DNA from: Bacteroidales bacterium
GTDB taxonomy: Bacteria > Bacteroidota > Bacteroidia > Bacteroidales > UBA4417
Direction of reading: 5' to 3'
Length of the DNA: 62,957 bases
Assembly (NCBI GenBank): GCA_038212135.1
Contig: JBBQUX010000004.1
Coordinates: 1-62,957 of the forward strand
Of the stretch, positions 41,109-49,936 are shown piece after piece (the first letter of the stretch is position 1; each line of letters begins with the position of its first letter). The position numbers and the translations under genes are program-made. The notes under the pieces were generated by a model. The model had not been told where the DNA came from, made no database searches, and saw only the letters and a list, made by a program, of their open reading frames with translations.

Positions 41109-41672
41109 TCAACTAATCAAGTTATTGATAAGAGCATAAAGCGTAAGGCCGGATATGGTTTTTATTTCGAGTTTCCGGCAAATGTTCTTCCTATGTGAGA
41201 TTACTGTATGCAAACTGATTGATAAATAATCAGCAGTTTCTTTGTTGCTGTTACCCATTGCAACAAGTTTGAGAACTTCTTTTTCACGAGTTGAAAGTTC
41301 AGTGGGTTCTACTTTTTTTATAGGAAGAGCTGGAAAAATAGTATTCAGTTTCTTTTGAATAGCTGATAAATTGTCATTTATACACAAAACGCCATCATAA
41401 GAGATAGGTTGAAAAGATGCATCAAGACTAACTGTTATCAGGTAGACAGAATTTCCTTTTTGTTTAAGTTTTGCCAACATATTTTCGCTTGCATACATCA
41501 GTTCAGCGTCCAAAAAAAGTATTGCATTCTTTAAGCTAGATATTTGATTAACAAGTGAATAATCAACTATGAAATCCGAAACGGAAACATTGCATATATG
41601 CAAAAGCAAGTCAGCCAAACCTTTTTGAATTATGGCAGAGCAATGAATGATTACTACCTTTTGCTTACCCAT
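41109..41672 (-). CDS. LuxR C-terminal HTH transcriptional regulator
   Basis: LSTREKEVLKLVAMGNSNKETADYLSISLHTVISHRKNI. Confidence 0.9.
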   Translation of the reverse strand: MGKQKVVIIHCSAIIQKGLADLLLHICNVSVSDFIVDYSLVNQISSLKNAILFLDAELMYASENMLAKLKQKGNSVYLITVSLDASFQPISYDGVLCINDNLSAIQKKLNTIFPALPIKKVEPTELSTREKEVLKLVAMGNSNKETADYLSISLHTVISHRKNICRKLEIKTISGLTLYALINNLIS

Positions 41673-41673
41673 T

Positions 41674-42363
41674 TCATTCAGGCTTGTGTTTTAACAACTT
41701 TATAAGTTTCGGAATCAGAATCTTGTCCTCAAATCGCGCATGGTCAAGAAGTTCCTGTTCAAAGCGTGAAAGCTCAAACAACAGTTCATTGGCCGAATTT
41801 TCATTTACCTCCAGGGGAAGAAATTTTATCAGTATGGTTTTCAAATCGCTGAGTTTATCCTCAACATTTAAATGTTCATGCTGAATCTTGTCAGAATAAT
41901 AATTTGACTTTTCGGGAATATTTATCTGCTTATTTAAAATTTTAACAATTAATGGAAAAAGTTCAGTTTCTTCGTAATCAATATGTATTGTCAGTTGTTT
42001 TTTATATTCAAAATAATATGATTCAATCATTGCCAGTGGCTTATTTCCGGGGCATTCAGTTGAAAGTTCGGCTAGAAGATTTTCAATACGGGGCAGCGTG
42101 TACTTCAGGTAATACGTATGAGTTTGTTTCAAAAAATTAACCAGCAAATTGATTTCGACTTCTTCCGGTTTTGGGAAATATTCCTGACTGTTATACGTGT
42201 TAAGAATCGCAAGAAATGTTTTTAACTCAATTCCGTTTTGACTGCATAATGTCTTTAACGTTTTTTCGCCAACACCTGGTTTTATTCCAAACCGGTTTAA
42301 AACAGGAATCAGAAGTATATTCTGCCCGATAATGTCGGACATTTTCATGCTTTCGGTGATCAT
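41674..42363 (-). CDS. Hemerythrin-like domain protein (Ric/ScdA-like N-terminus)
   Basis: RFGI..G.GEKT...C, H.YYL, HIDYEE..LFP, EH..VEDKL, HARFEDKILIP. Confidence 0.85.
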   Translation of the reverse strand: MITESMKMSDIIGQNILLIPVLNRFGIKPGVGEKTLKTLCSQNGIELKTFLAILNTYNSQEYFPKPEEVEINLLVNFLKQTHTYYLKYTLPRIENLLAELSTECPGNKPLAMIESYYFEYKKQLTIHIDYEETELFPLIVKILNKQINIPEKSNYYSDKIQHEHLNVEDKLSDLKTILIKFLPLEVNENSANELLFELSRFEQELLDHARFEDKILIPKLIKLLKHKPE

Positions 42364-42674
42364 TTGTTCATGTATTTAAAACAACATTGGAGATAATAAC
42401 AAAGTTATGTTGCTAATGGCTTTTCATTATGATAAAAGAAATCTAGTATAAGAATATTAAACGGGTAACAGTCTGCAGAATATAAGCTATAATGACTGAA
42501 TGGCTTTCTCAGGAGGGTATGCCGAAAGGCTATATTTAATTTCAGAATGACCTTTTATTTGTGATTGCTCTAATAGCATAAATCACCTTTACTTTGAAAT
42601 ATTATGTAATCAGAAACCTGGAACGCAAATAACAAGATTGCTAAAGCAAGAATGTTTTTTACAACCCTTTGCTG

Positions 42675-43403
42675 TTATCCATTATGTTCCCAACAATATT
42701 TTCACACCTATCCCAATAAGTATAAGACCTCCGATAATTTCCATTTTTTTACCAAACCATTTGCCGGCGCGTTTCCCAAATAGCATGTCGAGCATAGCTA
42801 CGATGTATGTTATCAAACCAATTATCAGCATAGTATAGAAAATATTAACATTGATATACGCAAAGCTTACACCTACAATTAAGCATCAATACTTGAGGCT
42901 ATAGCCATTCCAATAAGTACAACGGGCTTGAATAGATTAAATTCTTTTTTAGTCTTCATCCTTTTAAAAACTCTCTAAAATCATTTTAGCCCCGATTATT
43001 GCAAGAAGGCCGAAAGCAATCCAATGTTCGTAATTGACGATAAGATTTTTAATTTGGGAACCAAGGAACCAACCAATCAGTGGCGAATGCCTGAAAGAAT
43101 GCTAATGTTACGGCAATTTTGGTTGCTTGCCAGAATCGTATATGCCTAACAGCCAAACCGGTAGAAATAGAAACAGCGAAAGTATCAAAATTTAAACCTA
43201 TAGCTATCAATAATAATGTAATTAGTATCTCCAAGAAAACTCACCATTTTACGTAAAAATGGTCTTTTTCTTTAACTTTAGGTTTGGCAGGCAAAACTCA
43301 ATCTTCTGTGCGCGAGGACTTTCCCCTACGGGGACTATGGGGTGAGCGTGGGCAAAACTCATTTTAGACTCGTTTTCTTATAGGCACTAAATAGAAACTT
43401 CAT
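42675..43403 (-). pseudogene. mntP: Manganese efflux pump MntP, disrupted by a MITE and further frameshifts/stops
   Basis: Reconstructed MKFL|ITLLLIAIGLNFDTFAVS...FQA/PLIGW...HWIAFGLL..IG.KMI...AIASSIDA.IVGVSFA...EIIGGLILIGIGVKIL; several indels and TAA codons. Confidence 0.85.
43224..43388 (+). mobile_element. MITE-like element, copy 2 (165 bp), inserted near the start of mntP
   Basis: Near-identical to 5283-5447; flanks AATT/AAAT. Confidence 0.8.
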
Positions 43404-43442
43404 GCAAGTCAGAAAAAATAAAACATAAGGATATGAAGGTTA

Positions 43443-43895
43443 TTATTTATGCCTGAAATCCCAGGGTGGTGTGGGGTCAGGTAATGACCACAGGCCAATT
43501 TTCATTGATCGGGCATTGGTTTCCAGTTTCATCATTGTGGAATCATGATTGTATTTTGTGTAATGCCAAGCCATGCCTTGGCTGAGAAGCTCATTATTTA
43601 CACATAAATCCCCCACGTAAACAAATGCCAGGGTTCGGCCATAGCAGTCAACACCGGATTTTACGATACGTACATTTTTTTTGAAACACAAAGCAGTCGT
43701 AGCTTCCTTAGCTTTTTTTCCAAAATCCTGATCAGGTTCGGGACAGTCGATACCCTCAAGTCGGATTTTCAGCTGTTTGTTATCGCATGTAAGTATTATA
43801 ATGGAATCGCCATCGGCGATTCCGATAACTGTTGCATAAAAAACATCCGAAAAAGGGATTAATAAGAGCAGATAAGACAATAAATAGAGTTTCAT
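43443..43895 (-). CDS. Thermonuclease (SNase family)
   Basis: DGDS, IRLEGIDCPE, YGRTLA, NNELLSQGMAW, GLWS...PPW; start moved to MKLYLL. Confidence 0.88.
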   Translation of the reverse strand: MKLYLLSYLLLLIPFSDVFYATVIGIADGDSIIILTCDNKQLKIRLEGIDCPEPDQDFGKKAKEATTALCFKKNVRIVKSGVDCYGRTLAFVYVGDLCVNNELLSQGMAWHYTKYNHDSTMMKLETNARSMKIGLWSLPDPTPPWDFRHK

Positions 43896-44042
43896 TTTAT
43901 TTTGAGTTGACAAGTGTTATTAAGGATAATGTTATTTTCAACAGGGTTACAATAAAGACATTTTACAGGAAGAATTCTGAGATCGAAAAAAATGCATAGA
44001 ATTAACCTGGATTAAAACAGGCTCAGGATGCACCGCCGGAAA

Positions 44043-44258
44043 TCAGGATGCTCTCGATTGTAGTTTCTCCTTCCTTCGTTTGGCAAACTCATCCGATTCC
44101 TTCGCCAGGCTATTGATTGTTTGATTGCTTACTAAAAGCTCCAATACTTCTTCTATGCTGTTCAAATCATAATCCTTTTGAATTTGAAGCAGTTTATCGA
44201 AATTGTCACCAGCAATCTTGATCCACAGATTACTATGTAATTTTCCCCATTTATTCAT
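44043..44258 (-). CDS. Small hypothetical protein
   Basis: 71-aa ATG ORF with plausible composition; no recognised motif. Confidence 0.4.
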   Translation of the reverse strand: MNKWGKLHSNLWIKIAGDNFDKLLQIQKDYDLNSIEEVLELLVSNQTINSLAKESDEFAKRRKEKLQSRAS

Positions 44259-44653
44259 TGTTCATTTTTTCGAATTCAGTTTTGTACTATTCTGATAGCA
44301 ATGTGTCAATTTAATCCGTTTAATCTGCTATGGATTGATGTATCTTAAATATACTATCAGTTAAGCGCAGGATTCGTAATTATTTCGAAATATTTTAAGA
44401 TCAATAATTATTCCAATTCTGTATTTGTTTGATTAATAGGTTTATAGCCTACATTGACTTTGAAGTATCAGGCAAAATAAGTTCCAAAATGAAACGGCAA
44501 CAGCCTGATTATTTCTAATTGTTACAATTGATACTCAAATTCAAACAAGGTTGGAATTATATCATAAAAATATTCGATAAATTGATATTTGCAATATTTT
44601 CTCTTACTTACACACCACATCAATTGTTTTTTCAGATACGATTACTCGAAAAG

Positions 44654-44759
44654 TGTTGAGAAATACATCAGGTGTATAAAAAATATACAATATGCCTTAA
44701 GCGGTTGGAAAATAGAGTCTTGTAGGCTATATATAAAAATAGTGTATAAATATTCAACA
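44654..44759. promoter_or_regulatory. Candidate upstream activator sites (TGT-N11-ACA) for a sigma54 enhancer-binding protein
   Basis: TGTATAAAAAATATACA (44673-44689) and TGTATAAATATTCAACA (44743-44759), each preceded by a degenerate copy (44654, 44721). Confidence 0.55.
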
Positions 44760-44823
44760 TAGACTTGTGTATTATTTATTCAAACATACCTATAAAGTAA
44801 TGAAAATCAGTATTATATAATCG

Positions 44824-44839
44824 TGGCATTGTTATTGGA
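44824..44839 (+). promoter_or_regulatory. Sigma54 (-24/-12) promoter of the 44876-49461 operon
   Basis: TGGCATT-GTTA-TTGGA with correct spacing (GG rather than GC at -12), ending about 37 bp before the ATG. Confidence 0.6.
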
Positions 44840-44875
44840 TAGCAAAATGTATTATGAATTGAAATCCTCGAAATC

Positions 44876-46558
44876 ATGAAAGCAACATTCTATTTAATCA
44901 TCGGATTCTTACTGCTCTTCGCCACAAGTAGCATAAGCAGTCAAGAAATTACAAGCAAGAATACTAACTTGCAGACAGGATCAGTGTGTATCAAGTGTAC
45001 TCCTGACCTATATGAACTTACTTCTAAATGGGCCAGTGAATTTAGTAGCCTTAACCCGGAAGTGAAAATAAATGTATCTGAAGCAGACTTTGGGAGTACC
45101 GGTTTTGGAACGGGCGGGAGCCTGGGTTTTATTTCCGGCAAAGCCACGTCTGCAATCAGTAATGAATCAAACTGGAAAATGGTAGTAGGCCGCGATGTGG
45201 TTGTAGCTATTATGAATACAGAAAACCCGTTTTCGGCTGAAGTGAATAAACGAGGGATAGCGCAGGAGCAGCTTGCCCAAATGCTCATTAACCCGCAAAA
45301 GCGGAATTGGGGAGCAATGCTTGTTAACAGCCTTGCTGAACCTGTTCATATTTATATAGTAAATGATGAAACCGTTAAAGCCTGCCTGGCTAAGTTTATA
45401 AACAAAAGCAGCATCGAGTTTACGGGGATTACAGTTAGCAACAGGGACGAAGTTATTTCGGCTATTCAGAAAGACCCCTACGCTATCGGCTTTTGTGCAT
45501 TAGTTAACATTATGAATGAAAGTGACCAGGATTTAGCCGGTAATGTGACGTTATTACCAATTGACAAAAACAGAAATGGCACACTCGATTATATGGAAAA
45601 TATTTATACTGATCTCAATACTTTTCAACGTGGGGTTTGGATAGGGAAATACCCAAAATCACTTGTCAGCAATGTTTATGCTGTCAGTAGTGCTCAACCT
45701 GCAAACGAAAACGAACTGGAATTTCTGAAATGGGTAATTTCCGAAGGTCAGCAATATATGAATGCTAATGGTTACTGCGAACTGGTGGGCAGCGAGAGCC
45801 AGGCACAACTTGATAAGTTAACTATAGCTTCGGTAAATGTATCGCCGGTAAAAGATGCCTCACAAGCTGGCACTGTGTTACTTATTCTGGCTTTTGTTCT
45901 GGTTGCTGGTTTGGTGATCACTGCGGTAGTCCGGAACTACAGAAAGCAAAAAAATATAGCACCGGATTTTAATGTTTCACAGACGGGCTTTTCAGAAGAC
46001 ACCGTAATTCTTCCAAACGGTTTATATTTCGACAAGTCGCACACCTGGTCCTTTATGGAAAAAGACGGAAATATAACGGTAGGGGTTGATGATTTTCTGC
46101 AACATATTACCGGTCCGGTAACCCGCATTGAAATGAAAAGCCCGGGTGAAACTATCAGGAAAGGAGATGTGCTTTTTTCAATCATTCAATTTGGGAAACA
46201 ACTGAATATATACGCTCCTTTTTCGGGAATTATTAAAAAGCAAAATGTTAATCTTCTTTCTGATTCGTCGGTTATTAATTCGTCTCCTTATGAAGCAGGC
46301 TGGGTATATAGAATTGAGCCTTCAAACTGGATTAAAGAAGTTCAGTTAATGGATTTATCAGAAAAGTATCGTAGATGGCTTGGAGCCGAATTTATTAGGC
46401 TCAAAGAATTTATGACAGCAATTCTCAGACCGGAGAGTCTCGAATCTGCTCACGTTGTGCTTCAGGACGGTGGTGAATTGAAAGAAGGAGTCCTGGGAGA
46501 TTTCGGGCCAAAAGTGTGGGAAGATTTTCAGACAAACTTCCTTGATACTTTTAAATAG
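44876..46558 (+). CDS. PstS-like periplasmic binding domain + TM helix + cytoplasmic GcvH-like domain
   Basis: Signal peptide; WASEF...NPEVKINV, VGRDVVVAIMN, VISAIQKDPYAIGF, EFLKWVISEGQ (PBP type 2); TM at about aa 331-352; GLYFDKSHTW, VGVDDF, YAPFSG, INSSPYEAGW (H-protein fold). Confidence 0.8.
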   Translation: MKATFYLIIGFLLLFATSSISSQEITSKNTNLQTGSVCIKCTPDLYELTSKWASEFSSLNPEVKINVSEADFGSTGFGTGGSLGFISGKATSAISNESNWKMVVGRDVVVAIMNTENPFSAEVNKRGIAQEQLAQMLINPQKRNWGAMLVNSLAEPVHIYIVNDETVKACLAKFINKSSIEFTGITVSNRDEVISAIQKDPYAIGFCALVNIMNESDQDLAGNVTLLPIDKNRNGTLDYMENIYTDLNTFQRGVWIGKYPKSLVSNVYAVSSAQPANENELEFLKWVISEGQQYMNANGYCELVGSESQAQLDKLTIASVNVSPVKDASQAGTVLLILAFVLVAGLVITAVVRNYRKQKNIAPDFNVSQTGFSEDTVILPNGLYFDKSHTWSFMEKDGNITVGVDDFLQHITGPVTRIEMKSPGETIRKGDVLFSIIQFGKQLNIYAPFSGIIKKQNVNLLSDSSVINSSPYEAGWVYRIEPSNWIKEVQLMDLSEKYRRWLGAEFIRLKEFMTAILRPESLESAHVVLQDGGELKEGVLGDFGPKVWEDFQTNFLDTFK

Positions 46559-46613
46559 AAGATAAGTATATCATCTGTTCTGACCTAATTTTTAACCAAT
46601 TGAAACCAGAATC

Positions 46614-47480
46614 ATGGATCTGAATCGACGAAGTTTTTTTAAAGTAATGGGTGCAACCGGATTAACTCTCGCAGTTGGTAAGGACATGGATGCATCACCG
46701 AAACCCACCAAAGATAAAGAATTCTATGGCGTTTTATATGACTCGGCTCGCTGCAAGGGATGCCGGGGTTGCGAATACGATTGCGCCGAAGCTAACGGTT
46801 TGCCTGAGCCGCTTCCCAACAAAGAAATCAAAGGCTTGCGTAAGCCGGATGACAAGCATCGTACGGTTGTAAACGAATATAAAACATCAAAAGGAATAGT
46901 TTACGCCAAAATGCAGTGTATGCATTGCAACGAACCCGCCTGTGCGGCCGCCTGCCTCACGCAGGCTATGTGTAAAACCAAAGACGGTCCGGTTATCTGG
47001 AGGGCCGACAAATGTATGGGCTGCAGGTACTGCATGGTTTCGTGCCCGTTCGATATCCCAAAATTCGAATACCACAGTGCAAACCCTAAGATTGAAAAAT
47101 GTACCATGTGTTTCGAAACCAGGGTACAAAAGGGGGAACTGCCGGCTTGCGTGGAAAATTGTCCGAATGAGGCACTGATGTTTGGTACACGCCGCGAACT
47201 GATAACCGAAGCACGCCGGAGAATTTACGAAAAGCCGGATGAATATGTTGATCACATTTATGGTGAACATGAAGCCGGAGGAACTTGTTGGCTGCATATT
47301 TCACCGGTGCCGTTTAATGAACTGGGAATGAAATCAGTACAAACTGAATCGTACCCGGCATTGACAAAAGGATTCTTATACACCGTGCCGTCTGTGTTTG
47401 TGCTTGTTCCAGCATTGTTGTTAGGAATCCAGCAAGCAACCAAAAAGAATAACCTTAACGAAGATACCGAAGATGAATAA
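46614..47480 (+). CDS. Tat-exported 4x[4Fe-4S] protein, HybA/HmcB/DmsB type, with C-terminal TM anchor
   Basis: NRRSFFK; CxxCxxCxxxC, CMHCNEPACAAAC, CMGCRYCMVSCP, KCTMC...PACVENCP; IYGEHEAGGT. Confidence 0.9.
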   Translation: MDLNRRSFFKVMGATGLTLAVGKDMDASPKPTKDKEFYGVLYDSARCKGCRGCEYDCAEANGLPEPLPNKEIKGLRKPDDKHRTVVNEYKTSKGIVYAKMQCMHCNEPACAAACLTQAMCKTKDGPVIWRADKCMGCRYCMVSCPFDIPKFEYHSANPKIEKCTMCFETRVQKGELPACVENCPNEALMFGTRRELITEARRRIYEKPDEYVDHIYGEHEAGGTCWLHISPVPFNELGMKSVQTESYPALTKGFLYTVPSVFVLVPALLLGIQQATKKNNLNEDTEDE

Positions 47481-48735
47481 CAGGACCTTACTAGCCGCAG
47501 ATAACGATGGGAAATCCATCTGTAAGTTCCTGTTACGGGAACTGAAACCAAAAGGAAAGGCATTTACCCCTTTTAACATCATCTCTGTACCAATTATTCT
47601 TTTAGGCATAGTGTTGATTGTTTACCGTTTTATTCATGGAATCGGGGCAATTACAAATCTTTCGCAGGAAATCCCCTGGGGATTATGGATAGGATTTGAT
47701 GTGGTTACAGGCGTTGCTTTTGCCGGTGGTGCTTATGTGCTTACATTCATGGTTTACATCCTCAATATGAAAAAGTACCACTCCATTGTAAGAGTTACAG
47801 TGTTGAATGGTTTCCTTGCCTACCTGTTTTATGCAGGTGCTTTATTGCTCGATCTGGGGCGCCCATGGAATGTAATAAACCCAATTATTGGGAATAACTT
47901 TGGTGTAAGTTCAGTCCTATTCCTCGTAGCATGGCATTTTCTTTTGTATATGATTGCACAACTCATTGAATTTTCGCCTGCTATTGCCGAATGGCTTGGT
48001 GCCAGGCGGGCGCATAAAATTCTTTCAGGAATGACTCTGGCAGCTGTAATTTTTGGTATAACGCTGTCAATGCTTCACCAATCAGGATTAGGTGCGTTGT
48101 TCCTGATGGCGAAAGAAAAGATACACCCGCTGTGGTACAACGAATTTATACCGATCATGTTTTTCGTTTCCAGCATATTTGCCGGACTCTCCATGGTGAT
48201 TTTCGAAGGTTCCATCAGCCATAAAGTGTTCTCGAATCAGATCACTGATAAAAACCATAAGGCGCATAAAGGGATTGTTCACGGTTTAGCTAAAATATGT
48301 ACAGCAACACTTTTTGTGTATTTTTTCCTGCAAGTGCTGGTATTTCTTCATGGCAAACACTGGGATTTAATCAATACACCAATGGGTTACTGGTTCCTTG
48401 TCGAAATGCTCGGATTTGTGCTTGTGCCCATGATACTCTTTTTCTATAGTTTCCGCACAAGCAATAACTTTATGATCAGGCTGGCAGCACTTCTCACAAT
48501 GCTGGGTGTAATAATTAACAGGCTGAATGTTACTGTGATTGGTTTCAGATGGGATGCAGCTGTGCATTATGTCCCATCCTGGATGGAAATTGTAGTGACC
48601 CTCACTGTATTGTTTACTGAAATCTGGATTTTCAGGTGGGTAATCAACCGCATGCCTGTATTACGCGAATCACCTAAATGGGTAAATGAAACTAAAACTC
48701 AACAAGCTTTCGGAAAAGATAGTCTGAGGGCATAA
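47473..48735 (+). CDS. NrfD/PsrC-family integral membrane protein (HybB/HmcC type)
   Basis: TNLS..PWGLWIGFDV, DLGRPW, SMLHQSGLG, IHPLW, NRLNV, YVPSWMEI. Confidence 0.9.
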   Translation: MNNRTLLAADNDGKSICKFLLRELKPKGKAFTPFNIISVPIILLGIVLIVYRFIHGIGAITNLSQEIPWGLWIGFDVVTGVAFAGGAYVLTFMVYILNMKKYHSIVRVTVLNGFLAYLFYAGALLLDLGRPWNVINPIIGNNFGVSSVLFLVAWHFLLYMIAQLIEFSPAIAEWLGARRAHKILSGMTLAAVIFGITLSMLHQSGLGALFLMAKEKIHPLWYNEFIPIMFFVSSIFAGLSMVIFEGSISHKVFSNQITDKNHKAHKGIVHGLAKICTATLFVYFFLQVLVFLHGKHWDLINTPMGYWFLVEMLGFVLVPMILFFYSFRTSNNFMIRLAALLTMLGVIINRLNVTVIGFRWDAAVHYVPSWMEIVVTLTVLFTEIWIFRWVINRMPVLRESPKWVNETKTQQAFGKDSLRA

Positions 48736-48747
48736 AAAAACAATAAA

Positions 48748-49461
48748 ATGGACGGATTCACTTATACTAATATCTTTGATACAAAAGGAATTGAATACCT
48801 GATTGTTATTGCTTTCCTTTTGTTGCTCATCCCTTTCTGGCTGGCATTGAACAAGCGGGTAAAAACAAGGGAGAGGATACATAAAGCGTTGGGAGTGCTT
48901 TCTGCGAGTATGTTGCGGATTCCGCAAGGCATATTTTATAGCAAAAATCACACCTGGGCTTACCTTGAGAAATCGGGAGTGGCAAGGATCGGGCTGGATG
49001 ATCTTTTACTCCATATCACAGGCGAAGTGAGTGTAAGCCATTGTAAAAGCCCTGGCGAAACAGTAAAAAAAGGAGATTTACTGGCAGAAATTGATCATAA
49101 AGGAAAGTCGCTGAACATTTATTCTCCTATTTCCGGGGAGGTAATAAGTGCTAACTCCGTACTAAGTGTGAACCGGGAATTGCTGAACGCGGATCCCTAC
49201 GGAAATGGCTGGATTTATAACATTAAACCTTCTGACTGGGTAGCCGAAATCTCTTCGCTTTTCCTGGCAGGCAATGCAACAGACTGGTTAAAAAGAGAAC
49301 TGGTCAGGTACAAAGATTTTCTGGCTATGAGTATGCCAAAATATTCGCCCGAAACTTCGATGGTAATGCTTCAGGATGGAGGTGAACTGGTAGAAAATTC
49401 ACTATCGGAAATGCCACAGGAAATATGGCAGGATTTTCAAAAGGAATTTCTAACTCCATAA
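48748..49461 (+). CDS. Membrane-anchored GcvH-like protein
   Basis: IFDTKGIEYL then one TM; GIFYSKNHTW, RIGLDD, YSPISG, NADPYGNGW, LQDGGEL. Confidence 0.85.
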   Translation: MDGFTYTNIFDTKGIEYLIVIAFLLLLIPFWLALNKRVKTRERIHKALGVLSASMLRIPQGIFYSKNHTWAYLEKSGVARIGLDDLLLHITGEVSVSHCKSPGETVKKGDLLAEIDHKGKSLNIYSPISGEVISANSVLSVNRELLNADPYGNGWIYNIKPSDWVAEISSLFLAGNATDWLKRELVRYKDFLAMSMPKYSPETSMVMLQDGGELVENSLSEMPQEIWQDFQKEFLTP

Positions 49462-49493
49462 TATGATCCGGACAGGCCGGAACCTGAAAGGTT

Positions 49494-49667
49494 GAAAAGT
49501 CAAAAAAGCAAAGATCAAAAAGCAAAGATCAAAAAGATTGTTAAGAGAGTAACATATTTTAAAGTAAAACGAAAACAACTTTTCCTGAAAACAACTCTTT
49601 TAATAGCACAAGTATGAATATTTTGAATGACCAGAACTTTGAACTTTGAATTTTGCATTTTGAATTA
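49494..49667. repeat. Heptamer-periodic inverted repeat downstream of the operon
   Basis: Left AAAAGTCAAAAAAGCAAAGATCAAAAAGCAAAGATCAAAAAG; right ACTTTGAACTTTGAATTTTGCATTTTGAATT. Confidence 0.55.
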
Positions 49668-49811
49668 ATAGAAATGAATATTGTGCAAAAAAAAAAATAC
49701 ATCAACTTAAGAGTTTAGACACTAAAAATGGGAAATGGCTTTCCTGATTTTGAAATGCAATCTCAATGGTCGCTTCGGTATAATATCCCGGAGTAATTTG
49801 TCGAAAAATAC

Positions 49812-49840
49812 AAAAACCGGTTAATTATCGCCGGTTTTTT
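49812..49840. terminator. Terminator-like hairpin upstream of the kinase
   Basis: AAAAACCGG...CCGGTTTTTT. Confidence 0.55.
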
Positions 49841-49936
49841 GTTATATTGCGATGTCATATATACAATCCGGAATATATGCTCCTGGCTTTGAATTAAAAC
49901 TGAATAAGTATATCTGGTTCTCAAAAAAATAATTGT

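Noticed and set aside
42638-43234. ORFs 42638-42838 (+) and 43049-43234 (-) as separate genes
   Set aside because: Antisense shadow and fragment of the mntP pseudogene.
39546-44300. Intact prophage or integrative element at tRNA-Asp
   Set aside because: No integrase or phage genes and no duplicated tRNA 3' end found by eye.
44876-49461. Glycine cleavage system, hydrogenase-2 or phosphate ABC transporter
   Set aside because: No gcvP/T/L, no hydrogenase subunits, no pstCAB; the H-like domains are membrane-anchored and lack the in-register Lys.
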